This document shows, piece by piece, positions 17,835 to 27,953 of a stretch of 64,000 nt of DNA. The DNA is taken from contig OZ241323.1 of assembly GCA_965199685.1 (NCBI GenBank), positions 2,529,940 to 2,593,939 of the forward strand. Reading direction: 5' to 3'. The translations under genes and the position numbers were made by a program. Origin of the DNA: an uncultured candidatus Porisulfidus sp. (GTDB lineage: Bacteria > Pseudomonadota > Gammaproteobacteria > Poriferisulfidales > Oxydemutatoraceae). Under the pieces are notes generated by a model. It was given only the letters and a program-made list of their open reading frames with translations. It did not search any database and was not told the origin of the DNA. Within the stretch, counting starts at the first letter, position 1. Every line of letters starts with the position of its first letter.

Positions 17835-18818
17835 CTAGATTACTCGCCTAAGAATTCGATCAACCATTTTTGTACAATCTCGATGCGTAGAATGCACCAA
17901 AAACTGATACGCAGCTCTAACACAGCAAGGAGAGACCATATATAGGTTTAGATCATTTTTTTTGTATAGTTCAAAAGGTACGCGGTCTATCGGGATATAT
18001 CGACCAGTTTCTCTAGCCAAGAGAATAGTTGCCTGCTTCCACTTATGTGCCGCCGAAGGGGTAAGCATATATGCCATGCCCGAAGTCAAGTAAAAATGGT
18101 GTTCCGATGTTTTCTTATACGGTGGAACAATATAATGCTTGCGAGTGACTTTATGCCACGAGCACTTATCTTGATCAGGTAATCCCCCTATTTCGCACGC
18201 TAGGTTCACTATTTGTAACCATAACTCTATTATATGTGCTGATTGTTCAGATGTTTCACTATTTGTTTTGCGCAATCTCTTAAAAAAAAGTTTCATGAAT
18301 TTTATGATTATCAAACGAACAATAAATGGATTTAATAGAGGGTAATATTTTTTATAGCGTATCAGCTTATATAAACCAAAAAATGTAGAGTCATAGAGTT
18401 CCCACATTATTTGGCGAATATACAGTGTAAGGCTAGAGAGCATCAAAACATCCCAGGGCACTTCCTCGGCAACTTTTAATATACTAGGAAATGTAGACAA
18501 TATTTGGACATCATCTTCCAATATACAAGCATGCCGAACATTATGTTTTATAAGTAAATTCTGGGCTTTAATATGGCTTAACAAACAGCCCAACTTTCCG
18601 TCATTGGAGTTTTTTTTGTATAAAAACTCCATATCAGTTTTATCAATATCTAACCACCTAGCAATTTTTGTACGATATGCCTTAGAATTTAGGTTGTGCT
18701 TGTCAATGGCTTCTACAAACCGATATTTAAGATTCAAAGCATCAAGCTGCCTTCGCATATATAATTTTCTTTCCGGGGTACGTTTTAGGTTGATGATGTA
18801 AATAGGAGGATAAGGCAT
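17835..18818 (-). CDS. Glycosyltransferase family 25 (LPS/LOS beta-1,4-galactosyltransferase-like, Lic2B/LgtB family)
   Basis: GT25 motifs are present: IYIINLKRTPERK, KLGCLLSHIKA and ACILEDDVQI. Confidence 0.65.
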   Translation of the reverse strand: MPYPPIYIINLKRTPERKLYMRRQLDALNLKYRFVEAIDKHNLNSKAYRTKIARWLDIDKTDMEFLYKKNSNDGKLGCLLSHIKAQNLLIKHNVRHACILEDDVQILSTFPSILKVAEEVPWDVLMLSSLTLYIRQIMWELYDSTFFGLYKLIRYKKYYPLLNPFIVRLIIIKFMKLFFKRLRKTNSETSEQSAHIIELWLQIVNLACEIGGLPDQDKCSWHKVTRKHYIVPPYKKTSEHHFYLTSGMAYMLTPSAAHKWKQATILLARETGRYIPIDRVPFELYKKNDLNLYMVSPCCVRAAYQFLVHSTHRDCTKMVDRILRRVI

Positions 18819-18892
18819 TGTCTGAAATTTCTCATTGGATAGAACTATAGAATATAACTTATAATTATTAAAATATTATTGTAACACTACGA

Positions 18893-19213
18893 GTGAAAAA
18901 CACAGTCATGATTCGTCAAATAGGTCTTCTAAGGTTGATGCTTTATGTAGCGGGCTTGCTCGTTATTATTTTTCTACCAGAACCGGGGGTGCAAACCGAT
19001 GTTGAGTGGCCTGCAATACTAACTACGGTGGTAGTGCCAGCACTTGCCCCGATTATTTTCATGGTGATTTTATTTGACCTTGTCGTGTCCAAAGTAGTAA
19101 ACAAAGGAAATGAAAACCCAATGCCAGCAGCTAAATTTTTTTGGGTTGGCTTAGCCATTGCACTGATCATTCTCTTAAGATGGCTACCTTATCTGCTTTC
19201 GCTCACATACTAA
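18893..19213 (+). CDS. Hypothetical small membrane protein (3 predicted TM helices)
   Basis: The ORF is strongly hydrophobic and fits exactly into the gap between the GT25 gene and mrcA. Confidence 0.35.
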   Translation: MKNTVMIRQIGLLRLMLYVAGLLVIIFLPEPGVQTDVEWPAILTTVVVPALAPIIFMVILFDLVVSKVVNKGNENPMPAAKFFWVGLAIALIILLRWLPYLLSLTY

Positions 19214-19222
19214 TCCGAATAA

Positions 19223-21646
19223 TCAAAAAAGTTTTTCCAAATTCTCCTCTTTGTCTTTGCTCCCCGGCAAAGGCGCAATTTCCTTAGGTAAGTAATTCCT
19301 TCTAAAAGTTTCCGATATCGCATTGGCATCGCTGGGGTGCGCAAGCACGCCAGTTTGTGCGTCTACTTTTGCACTAATAATCTCGGGAGGTCTATAAAAT
19401 AAGGTTTCGTCTTTCCCGGACAGAACTTTCTCCATAAAATCTATCCAAATAGGTAATGCTGCAACCGATCCCGCCTCGCGATCCCCTAACGGTTGCTGAT
19501 TGTCAAAACCAACCCAAACGGTGCAGACTATATCGCGGTTAAAACCTGAAAACCAAGCGTCGTGTTGGTTGTTGGTTGTGCCGGTCTTGCCAGCGATGTC
19601 GCTACGTTTTAAGGTGCGGTAAGCTTTGCGCCCGGTGCCTAATTGGGCCACACTTTGTAGCATACTGGATAACTGGTAAGCAATATCAGGTGGAATGACT
19701 CTAGGCATAAATTGTGTTGCATCATCCGAGATTGCAGTCTCCGATACGATTTCCGTCGCTACTTCGTTGCTAGTGTTTTCTTGGTAACAATTTTCGGCAC
19801 AAGGTTGCGGTGGAGATGCTTCAAAGATCGGCTTTTCGTTAGCGTATATTTTTTCGATAAAATAAGGCGTAATCAAAAACCCACTGTTGGCAAATGCCGC
19901 ATAGCCGCGTGCAATTTCTAGAGGTGTTGCCACACCCGAACCCAATGCCACCGTTAAATTATAAGGATGATCCTTACGCTCAAAACCAAAGCGCATGATG
20001 TAGTCCAAAGTTTTTCTTAACCCTAGCGCATCTACTAATTTCACCGAAACCATATTGCGCGAATGGGTGAGTGCTTCTCGAAGACGTGTGGGACCGAAAA
20101 ATTTACCGCTATAATTCTCAGGGCGCCAATCTTGCCTGGAAAATGTCTCGCTAAACACCACTGGTGTATCGTTGACTATCGTTGCCGGCGTATAACCTTC
20201 CGACAATGCAGCCGAATAAATAAAAGGCTTGAAACTGGAACCCGGTTGTCGCTTTGCTTGGGTTACACGATTGAACTTACTCTGATAAAAATCAAAACCA
20301 CCGGTCAATGCAAGCACTGCACCAGTATTCGGATTCAACGCGACCAACGCGCCTTCAACTTCCGGAATCTGCATCAGCTGTCGTTGTCCTTCGTCTTGCT
20401 GTAGAAGCCATACGATATCGCCTTTTTGTGCTAGTTTTGTAGCATCTTCTAACTTTGGCCCCACATAATTTTGATTGAGGTAAGGTTGCCACTGCCAACT
20501 TGGGCGCGTGAGTGTAGTCTCTAGTTCGCCTTTAGGGATCACTTGTATCGTCTCTTTAGCCGACTCCAATACAATCGCCGGTATAAGTCCTCCCACTTTA
20601 GGTAGATTTCTTAATTCTTTTTCCAGTGCCTCGGGATTACTTAGGACTTCAGCCGCAATTTGTTCCTTGACACCGCGCCAACCGTGGCGACGGTCATAGT
20701 CAAGTAGCCCACGTCTTAAACTGGCTTGAGCTTCTTGTTGCATCGTTAGACGAACGGTGGTGTATACATCAAAACCATCAGAATAGGCTTTGTCTCCGTA
20801 TTGCTCAACCATGTAGGCACGTACCATCTCAGCAACATAGGGAGCGTCTAATTCTACTTTGATATCGTACTCGGCTGCGGTAATCGGTGTTGCCATCGCC
20901 GTTTCATATTCGGCTGAAGAAATCATTTCCAGTTTGAGCATACGCCCTAGGACATAAGTCCGACGCTCCAGTGCCTTTTGAGGATTGGCAAGCGGATTAT
21001 ATATTGAAGGAGCTTTGGGCAAACCGGCGATCATCGCATTTTGAGCCAAAGTCAATTCGCCGATATTTTTTCCATAGTAGATTTCGGCAGCAGCAGCAAT
21101 GCCATAAGCTCGTTTACCCATAAAAATTTTATTCAGATACAAATTGAGTATTTCTTCTTTGCTGAGCAAACGCTCAATAATCAGGGCGAGGTAAATCTCC
21201 TTTATTTTTCGCTCATAGGTGCGCTGGTTGGTCAAGAAAAAGTTGCGCGCGAGTTGCATGGTAATCGTACTACCGCCCTGGGTGCGCTGACCTGTTTCTA
21301 TTAAATTGATGGCGGCGCGTATCAAGCCTTCGTAATCTACGCCTAGATGTTCGTAAAAACGATCATCCTCGGCAGCGATGAAAGCGTCTATGATTTGACT
21401 AGGCACCTCTGCTATATCAATAGGCACACGACGCTTATCACCGAAAACCGCAATAAGGTTACCCTCGGAGGTATAAACTCTGAGCGGTGTTTGCACCCGA
21501 ATCGTTCTAATTTCTTCCAACGACGGGAGTTCCGGCGCAATATAGATGTATACTGCTACAACGACAACAACACCCAGGGTGAGTGTTGCGGTAATAAATA
21601 GTAGTAATCGTTTTATGAATTTGAACACGATAGGTACATAGAGCAA
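19223..21646 (-). CDS. mrcA: Penicillin-binding protein 1A (bifunctional transglycosylase/transpeptidase)
   Basis: GT51 motifs (EDDRFYEHLGVDY, GGSTITMQLARN) are followed by the transpeptidase motifs SSFKPF, SRN and KTGT. Confidence 0.9.
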   Translation of the reverse strand: MLYVPIVFKFIKRLLLFITATLTLGVVVVVAVYIYIAPELPSLEEIRTIRVQTPLRVYTSEGNLIAVFGDKRRVPIDIAEVPSQIIDAFIAAEDDRFYEHLGVDYEGLIRAAINLIETGQRTQGGSTITMQLARNFFLTNQRTYERKIKEIYLALIIERLLSKEEILNLYLNKIFMGKRAYGIAAAAEIYYGKNIGELTLAQNAMIAGLPKAPSIYNPLANPQKALERRTYVLGRMLKLEMISSAEYETAMATPITAAEYDIKVELDAPYVAEMVRAYMVEQYGDKAYSDGFDVYTTVRLTMQQEAQASLRRGLLDYDRRHGWRGVKEQIAAEVLSNPEALEKELRNLPKVGGLIPAIVLESAKETIQVIPKGELETTLTRPSWQWQPYLNQNYVGPKLEDATKLAQKGDIVWLLQQDEGQRQLMQIPEVEGALVALNPNTGAVLALTGGFDFYQSKFNRVTQAKRQPGSSFKPFIYSAALSEGYTPATIVNDTPVVFSETFSRQDWRPENYSGKFFGPTRLREALTHSRNMVSVKLVDALGLRKTLDYIMRFGFERKDHPYNLTVALGSGVATPLEIARGYAAFANSGFLITPYFIEKIYANEKPIFEASPPQPCAENCYQENTSNEVATEIVSETAISDDATQFMPRVIPPDIAYQLSSMLQSVAQLGTGRKAYRTLKRSDIAGKTGTTNNQHDAWFSGFNRDIVCTVWVGFDNQQPLGDREAGSVAALPIWIDFMEKVLSGKDETLFYRPPEIISAKVDAQTGVLAHPSDANAISETFRRNYLPKEIAPLPGSKDKEENLEKLF

Positions 21647-21689
21647 TAAACTAAATTGGGCATAATCTCAATTTTAGCACAGAGCATAA

Positions 21690-22202
21690 ATGAACATATT
21701 CCTAATCGGGCCGATGGCGGCGGGCAAAAGCCATATTGCCAAGACTTTGGCAAAATGTATGAAAAGTCGTTTTTACGATACCGACGAGTTGATTTGTCGA
21801 TACGCCGGTATGGATATTCCGACAATATTCAAAAACGAAGGTGAGGCAGGCTTCAGAAAGCGCGAAGCCGAAGTGATACAAAAGCTCATAGGCAATCGCG
21901 ATATAATCGTGGCAACCGGCGGCGGTGTGGTTCTAGATCAACAAAATTGCAAGAACATGAAAGATAATGGTACAGTAATTTATTTAAGCACATCTTTGGA
22001 TACCCGTTATGAAAGAATACAAAATCCAACCGGACGCCCTTTGCTGATGGGGGGAGACATCTATGAAACGATGCAAAATTTGGATCGTGTTCGCATCCCT
22101 ATATACGAAGCACTTGCCGATTTTATCGTTGATAACAACGGCATCACCGAATCGACAGTGAAAAAAATCTTTGCATATATCCACAACACAAAACAGATAT
22201 GA
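21690..22202 (+). CDS. aroK: Shikimate kinase
   Basis: It has a Walker A motif (NIFLIGPMAAGKSHIAK), is 170 aa long and is translationally coupled to aroB (4-nt overlap). Confidence 0.85.
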   Translation: MNIFLIGPMAAGKSHIAKTLAKCMKSRFYDTDELICRYAGMDIPTIFKNEGEAGFRKREAEVIQKLIGNRDIIVATGGGVVLDQQNCKNMKDNGTVIYLSTSLDTRYERIQNPTGRPLLMGGDIYETMQNLDRVRIPIYEALADFIVDNNGITESTVKKIFAYIHNTKQI

Positions 22203-23272
22203 CGACTTTAACGGTAGAACTTGGCCGGCGTAGTTACCCCATCCGTATAGGACGAGGTTTACTGGCGCAAGTCGGTGAATTATTGACGCAAAACTGGCAA
22301 GGGTCTCATCTGGTGATACTTTCAGACGAAGATGTCGCACCGCTTTATATGCAAACGGTATGCGATGCAATCGGCACAGAATTGAAAATAGATCAAATCG
22401 TGATACCGGCTGGTGAATCGTATAAAACATTGCAGACTTTTGAGCAGATCTGTACCAAACTACTACAGTACCGAGTCGAGCGAGATGCGCTACTCGTTGC
22501 ACTCGGCGGCGGCGTGGTCGGAGATATTGCCGGTTTCGTTGCCGCAAGTTATCTACGTGGTATTGCTTTTGCACAGGTTCCTACGACTCTACTTGCTCAG
22601 GTAGATTCTTCGGTAGGTGGCAAAACTGCGGTCAACCATGCCTTAGGCAAAAACATGATTGGGGCTTTTTATCAACCTTGTTGTGTTATCACTGACTTGA
22701 ATACGCTTGACACGCTACCACCTAGACACTATGTTGCAGGACTTGCTGAGGTTGTTAAATACGGCTTGATTGCAGATGCTGATTTTTTCACTTGGTTAGA
22801 GGATCATGTAGAAGCACTACTTGCGCACGATGACGAGGCTTTGTGTTATGCGATAGAACGCTCGTGTGCTATCAAAGCGGAAATCGTCGCTGTTGATGAA
22901 TTAGAGCAGGCCGGCAAGCGCGCCTTGCTTAATCTAGGGCATACCTTTGGGCATGCTATAGAAGCGACCTTGGGCTACGGGTTTTGGCTACACGGTGAAG
23001 CTGTGGGGTGCGGTCTTGCGCTTGCTGCACAATTGTCTCTGAACTTGGGTTACCTATCTAAAGAAAGCCTTGACCGCATTGTCTCATTACTCAATCGTTT
23101 TGGGCTAGCAACATCCAAACCGACCACTTTAGATACACAAGCATTGTTAGATGCAATGACATTGGATAAAAAGAACAAAGGCGGACAGCAGCACTATATT
23201 TTATTGCACACAATAGGAGACGCTTTTGAGACCAATCAAGTGAAAATACAAGCGGTAAAGGATGTTTTATAA
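22199..23272 (+). CDS. aroB: 3-dehydroquinate synthase
   Basis: DHQS motifs are present: GGGVVGDIAGFVAASYLRGIAFAQVPTTLLAQVDSSVGGKTAVN and HTFGHAIE. Confidence 0.9.
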   Translation: MTTLTVELGRRSYPIRIGRGLLAQVGELLTQNWQGSHLVILSDEDVAPLYMQTVCDAIGTELKIDQIVIPAGESYKTLQTFEQICTKLLQYRVERDALLVALGGGVVGDIAGFVAASYLRGIAFAQVPTTLLAQVDSSVGGKTAVNHALGKNMIGAFYQPCCVITDLNTLDTLPPRHYVAGLAEVVKYGLIADADFFTWLEDHVEALLAHDDEALCYAIERSCAIKAEIVAVDELEQAGKRALLNLGHTFGHAIEATLGYGFWLHGEAVGCGLALAAQLSLNLGYLSKESLDRIVSLLNRFGLATSKPTTLDTQALLDAMTLDKKNKGGQQHYILLHTIGDAFETNQVKIQAVKDVL

Positions 23273-23299
23273 TCACACACGGAAATAATCATTTGATGT

Positions 23300-23524
23300 A
23301 TGCAACCGGTATACCAAGGAGATGCGATGTTATCAATCAGCGATATATTAATAGGTAATAACGAGATGGACAGCTTTGAAGAACTTATTGCCTATGTGAA
23401 ATCGCAAGCCCGTCAAGGTGAAATGTTTATACAAATGGACGTACGCCCACCATTTTCCGATACACCGGAGGATTGGGAGCAACAAGTGGAAGCTGCGTTT
23501 ACTTCTGCCAGCAATGTGGAATAG
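23300..23524 (+). CDS. Hypothetical small acidic protein
   Basis: The ORF ends 4 nt before the Cas6-like ORF starts. I recognise no motif in it. Confidence 0.25.
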   Translation: MQPVYQGDAMLSISDILIGNNEMDSFEELIAYVKSQARQGEMFIQMDVRPPFSDTPEDWEQQVEAAFTSASNVE

Positions 23525-23528
23525 ATTT

Positions 23529-24230
23529 ATGGAGAACTACTGGCAAGATTCGGAAGAAAAACAGTTGCGAGTGCCCGAAGATGTTGCAGATCTGGGCTTT
23601 AGAATTGAATGTCGCGGCGGCTTGACGGTGGATCATGCGTATGCTTTGTATGAAGCGATTAGACAAGTATTGCCATGGTTTGAGACAGATCCTGATGTTG
23701 CCCTACATACACTGCACGGAGCCGAATCCGGCAACGGATGGTTAAGACCCTATAAAGAAAACCAATTGCTGTATTTATCCAAGCGAACGAGATTACGGTT
23801 GCGCTTAGCCAACCATCGCTTTGAAGATGCGATGGTTTTAGAAGGACAAACAATTGATGTCGGCAGCTGTTCAATAAAAATAAATAAGCCCACTCTGCGC
23901 ACGCTCAGTACACAAACGACTTTGTTCACTAGATCTTTAGCATCGAGAAATACACAAAACGAGCATGAATTTCTGCACGAAGCAACCAGAATGCTCAACG
24001 CGAAGGGCATACATCCGCAGCGTATGATGGGAGGGCGACAGCACGCGATTAAAACCCCCGATAAAACTCTATACGCTAGAAGCCTTATGATAGTGGACCT
24101 TGCTTTTGACGAAAGCATTGAATTGCAACGCACTGGCTTAGGCACTGAACAGAAGCTCGGCTGTGGTATTTTCCTACCTCACAAAAGTATTGATGCGGTT
24201 CACCAACCCCGAACCGTAGGAGCAGACTAG
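23529..24230 (+). CDS. Orphan Cas6-like RAMP-superfamily protein (glycine-rich loop), function unknown
   Basis: The C-terminal GLGTEQKLGCGIFLP fits the RAMP/Cas6 G-rich loop G-h-G-x5-G-h-G and resembles the CasE tail GIGPAKSMGCGLLSL. The N-terminal DHAYALYEAIRQVLPWF resembles the CasE helix around its catalytic His (DLYQLHQGLWHLFP). No cas genes or CRISPR array are nearby. Confidence 0.3.
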   Translation: MENYWQDSEEKQLRVPEDVADLGFRIECRGGLTVDHAYALYEAIRQVLPWFETDPDVALHTLHGAESGNGWLRPYKENQLLYLSKRTRLRLRLANHRFEDAMVLEGQTIDVGSCSIKINKPTLRTLSTQTTLFTRSLASRNTQNEHEFLHEATRMLNAKGIHPQRMMGGRQHAIKTPDKTLYARSLMIVDLAFDESIELQRTGLGTEQKLGCGIFLPHKSIDAVHQPRTVGAD

Positions 24231-24235
24231 AACCG

Positions 24236-24400
24236 CCGGTTGACCTTGATATATAGGGCTGTTGAAAAAGTACTGTCATCGCGCAAATGTAACCGCTTGC
24301 GCCATTGAATTTATGAAAATGGTAGGGGCGGATTTGCATATCCGCCCGTCAATCGGCGTGACATTGCTTGTTCCACTGAGTCAAGCGATGGGGTTTTGAT
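24236..24400. repeat. Repeat modules, locus R4
   Basis: gggctgttgaaaaagtactgtc...aaccgcttgcgccattgaatttatgaaaa...ggggcggatttgcatatccgcccgtcaatcggcgtgacattgc. Confidence 0.6.
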
Positions 24401-25065
24401 TAGGGTATGCTACGTTGACTACCTAACCACCGCAACAAAGGCACCCAATCGTCGCGCTCGTGCATAGTTGCATAGCGGGACATATCAAATAACCCAAGCC
24501 CCTTTTCCGCAGCACGCACATAATTCATACTGTCCCTCAAATGGGTTGGGAAAGAGAAACGCAACTTGAGTAGAAACTCGTCAAGCTGCCAGGCTATTTT
24601 GGTTTGCATACGAACCCGATTACCAATTACCGCAACTTTAGCACGCCTCCCAGAAATCGCCGGGGCCGCGTTTATTTCTTTCGCAAACTCAGACACCGCT
24701 CGCATATCCAAAGCCGAAGGAACAACTGGGATAATAATTGTCTCGGCGCGTCGGATCATGCTGTTCAGTTCTTTCCCGTGCAAGGCTGCCGGTGTGTCCA
24801 TGATATAAATGTCTGCCATTCTCTGAGTAGCACCGCGCTGTCTAATGCCATCGTATGCCAAAATGGGTGGCTTGCCGGGAGAGCGTGCCGCTAACCACCC
24901 CAAGCTACCTTGCTGGGGATCATAATCGGCTAAAACAACTGATAGACCTCTATTGGCGTAATAGCTTGCTAAATTAGTTGCAACCGTAGTTTTACCGGAA
25001 CCTCCTTTAGCATTAAGTACCATAATTTTTCTCATAACATTCTCCTCGTCAGTTACTGATTTCAC
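24400..25065 (-). CDS. ParA/MinD-family P-loop ATPase (orphan ParA)
   Basis: It carries the deviant Walker A motif KIMVLNAKGGSGKTTVATNLA and is 221 aa long. No parB lies adjacent. Confidence 0.7.
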   Translation of the reverse strand: MKSVTDEENVMRKIMVLNAKGGSGKTTVATNLASYYANRGLSVVLADYDPQQGSLGWLAARSPGKPPILAYDGIRQRGATQRMADIYIMDTPAALHGKELNSMIRRAETIIIPVVPSALDMRAVSEFAKEINAAPAISGRRAKVAVIGNRVRMQTKIAWQLDEFLLKLRFSFPTHLRDSMNYVRAAEKGLGLFDMSRYATMHERDDWVPLLRWLGSQRSIP

Positions 25066-25164
25066 GTATCTACTAATAAAATAGTTTATAAATAATTGAC
25101 ATTATAATCAATTTCTATACTATACAAAACTTACGCAAGGCTTCTAGATGAACAAGGTGGTACT

Positions 25165-25743
25165 ATGCAAGAAAATTTGAGTCAACAAATCCTAAGAGTT
25201 GATGTCGCCGGTATGCCCCTCGACTGGATAAATTATCAAGATGCGGTAAGGCTTTATCACGCAGATATCGTGGCTTACGAGGCAGGAACTGCGCTATTCA
25301 TAATTCGCGGCGGTATTAACGCCGTGACCGGAAAACGTAGTGTTATCAATGTCAATTCAGTGATCGCAACATATGGGAAAAATCCACATCTAGACCTTAA
25401 TTACATACCACCTTTGAACAACGACGCACTATTCAAACGAGACGGTTCATTGTGTCTCTATTGCGGAGGGTCTTTTAATCGTCGTCATCTATCTCGTGAT
25501 CATGTCATCCCTTTTAAGCAAGGCGGCAAAGATACTTGGAATAATGTTGTTGCCGCTTGCAGACATTGTAATAATCAAAAAGCGGATCGCACACCGGAAC
25601 AAGCCGGCATGAAACTATTGGCGATTCCCTTTGTCCCGACACATGCCGAGTATATTTATTTGAGAGCACGCACCATATTGGCAGACCAAATGGAATTCCT
25701 AAAAGCACACTTTCCTAGAAAGAGTCGCTTGAGAGATTCTTAA
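25165..25743 (+). CDS. HNH endonuclease
   Basis: The HNH motif is CLYCGG...RDHVIPFKQGGKDTWNNVVAACRHCNNQK. Confidence 0.65.
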   Translation: MQENLSQQILRVDVAGMPLDWINYQDAVRLYHADIVAYEAGTALFIIRGGINAVTGKRSVINVNSVIATYGKNPHLDLNYIPPLNNDALFKRDGSLCLYCGGSFNRRHLSRDHVIPFKQGGKDTWNNVVAACRHCNNQKADRTPEQAGMKLLAIPFVPTHAEYIYLRARTILADQMEFLKAHFPRKSRLRDS

Positions 25744-25756
25744 TTATCAAGACGCG

Positions 25757-26848
25757 TTGAGCTATCTAGGAAACAAAGATTACCGGCACGGCACTGTTGC
25801 ATCTACTGGTATCCTACTCGTCAACCTCGGCACTCCACAAGCCCCTACTACAGCAGCGGTGCGTCGTTATCTTGGTGAGTTTTTATCGGATCCGCGCGTT
25901 GTAGAAATTCCTCGTCCGCTGTGGTGGCTGATTTTGCATCTTTTAGTACTTCCTTTGCGCCCACGCAAAAGTGCTGCGGCTTATGCAAAAGTATGGCTGC
26001 CGGAAGGGTCACCGTTATTTGTTCATTCCAATCGCCTAAGTTTGGATGTAGGGAAAAAGCTACAAGACGAACACCAGAACTTAGTTGTAAAACTTGCCAT
26101 GCGCTACGGAAAACCAGCCATCAAAGAGGTGCTGGATGAAATGAGAGAAAAATCAATGCAACGGTTATTGATTTTGCCGTTGTTCCCACAATATTCAGCT
26201 ACCACCACGGCATCAGTTTTTGACGAGGTGGCACGGATACTGCGCACTTGGCGTTGGCAACCTGAATTACGCTATATCAGCCATTATCATAAACAGCCTC
26301 TTTATATCTCCGCCTGTGCCGAACAGATACACTCGTTTCGCAACCAACACGGTTGCGGAGATCTGTTGTTATTTTCATTTCATGGATTGCCTAAACGTAA
26401 TTTGCTTGAGGGCGACCCCTATCACTGTCAATGTCATGCCACAGCACGACTAATTGCCCAGGCACTATCCATAAACGAACAAGAATACAAGCTTTGCTTT
26501 CAATCACAATTCGGGCGCGCAGAATGGTTACAACCTTACACCGAACAAACCTTGAGTGAGCTTGCAAAGCAAGGTGTAAAAACCATAGATGTCTTTTGTC
26601 CGGGGTTTTCGGCAGATTGTCTAGAAACCTTAGAGGAGATTGCCATTCGCGGACGAGAAGTCTTTGTGGAATGGGGTGGTTCAGAGCTGCGCTATATTCC
26701 AGCACTCAACAACAGCAAATTACACATAGAAAGCATCAAAAACCTTATTTTAAGAAATATAGAAAATTGGGGTATAGAGGATATTGAAGACGAACAAATC
26801 CGCCAACAAGCCGCCGAAAAAGCGTTGGCTATGGGAGCTCGGCAATGA
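25757..26848 (+). CDS. hemH: Ferrochelatase
   Basis: N-terminus GILLVNLGTPQAPTTAAVRRYLGEFLSDPRVVEIPRPLWW is the ferrochelatase signature, and the His-containing HGLP motif is present. Confidence 0.85.
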   Translation: MSYLGNKDYRHGTVASTGILLVNLGTPQAPTTAAVRRYLGEFLSDPRVVEIPRPLWWLILHLLVLPLRPRKSAAAYAKVWLPEGSPLFVHSNRLSLDVGKKLQDEHQNLVVKLAMRYGKPAIKEVLDEMREKSMQRLLILPLFPQYSATTTASVFDEVARILRTWRWQPELRYISHYHKQPLYISACAEQIHSFRNQHGCGDLLLFSFHGLPKRNLLEGDPYHCQCHATARLIAQALSINEQEYKLCFQSQFGRAEWLQPYTEQTLSELAKQGVKTIDVFCPGFSADCLETLEEIAIRGREVFVEWGGSELRYIPALNNSKLHIESIKNLILRNIENWGIEDIEDEQIRQQAAEKALAMGARQ

Positions 26849-27885
26849 TGCCAGAGGATCGAAATCGTGTAGCCGTTGATACGAACATGCCTAAATCGTC
26901 GGATATTCTAGTCGTCATCCCAGTAATGAATAGACCCCAATACATCACTAAAGCACTAGAGGCTATTTCAGAACAGACACTTCAGCCGGATCATGTAATC
27001 GTCGTAGACGATTGTTCTACCGACAATACTGTAGAAATTATACAAGCATGGTTTGAAACCCAAAAACCTGCCTTTACTACACAGTTGATTATTCATAATC
27101 AAAATAAAGGCGCATCTGCAGCTAGAAATACTGGACTTACGCATGCTCAGGATAGGCATCGCTATGTGTATTTTTTAGATTCGGACGACATGCCGTCGCA
27201 GATGTTTTTGGCAAAGACACGGAGTGCATTGGAACAAAATCCCAATGCAGTAGCTGCCAGTGGCGACCGGATATTGAAAAACGAGAAAGGTGAAATACAA
27301 TACCTTAACCAAAAAAGACTCAACATCAATCCGTATCATTGGTTTATAGATATGGGGGCAGGTGTTTCATCGTCTACATTGTTACGCACGGATTTGATTA
27401 AAAAGTTGCAAGGTTATAACGAAGTACTCATCACTGGACATGATACCGAACTTTTTTTTAGGTTGGCAAACTTAGGCGAATGGTTACATGTAACCGGAGT
27501 GCCGGTGATTATGCACGAACACGGTGCACATCTGCGCGATATGCACGACGACCCGCTGAGGAAATGGTGCCATATTTTTGAGGCTTGTGTTGCAAATTTT
27601 GCTACGCAAGAACGTATGGATCCTGAAACATATCGTTGCTTACTAGCTAGAAAGTGGCGGCATGCAGGTTTAGAGGTGCTGGCACAGCGACGATGGCAAG
27701 AAGCGCAAGATTGCTTTCGTCGTGCAATCGCTTGGCACACGAAAACCGGAATCAAACCCTTCTTTTATTGGCTACTCGCTTTGCCCGCCACATTGCTATT
27801 TAAGCTATTAGATAAACTAAAACTATATCAGCACTTTATGGATATCATCAAACGTGTCCACTCAGGGCATAAATTCCGTTTTTAA
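26845..27885 (+). CDS. Glycosyltransferase family 2
   Basis: Motifs VVIPVMNRPQYI and VIVVDDCSTDNT (DxD) are present. The start overlaps the hemH stop. Confidence 0.7.
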   Translation: MMPEDRNRVAVDTNMPKSSDILVVIPVMNRPQYITKALEAISEQTLQPDHVIVVDDCSTDNTVEIIQAWFETQKPAFTTQLIIHNQNKGASAARNTGLTHAQDRHRYVYFLDSDDMPSQMFLAKTRSALEQNPNAVAASGDRILKNEKGEIQYLNQKRLNINPYHWFIDMGAGVSSSTLLRTDLIKKLQGYNEVLITGHDTELFFRLANLGEWLHVTGVPVIMHEHGAHLRDMHDDPLRKWCHIFEACVANFATQERMDPETYRCLLARKWRHAGLEVLAQRRWQEAQDCFRRAIAWHTKTGIKPFFYWLLALPATLLFKLLDKLKLYQHFMDIIKRVHSGHKFRF

Positions 27886-27953
27886 GTCTAGCCGATTATC
27901 GTTTATACTTGTTACCCTAAAAACGAATCCTTTGAATACATTGATACAGTTCT

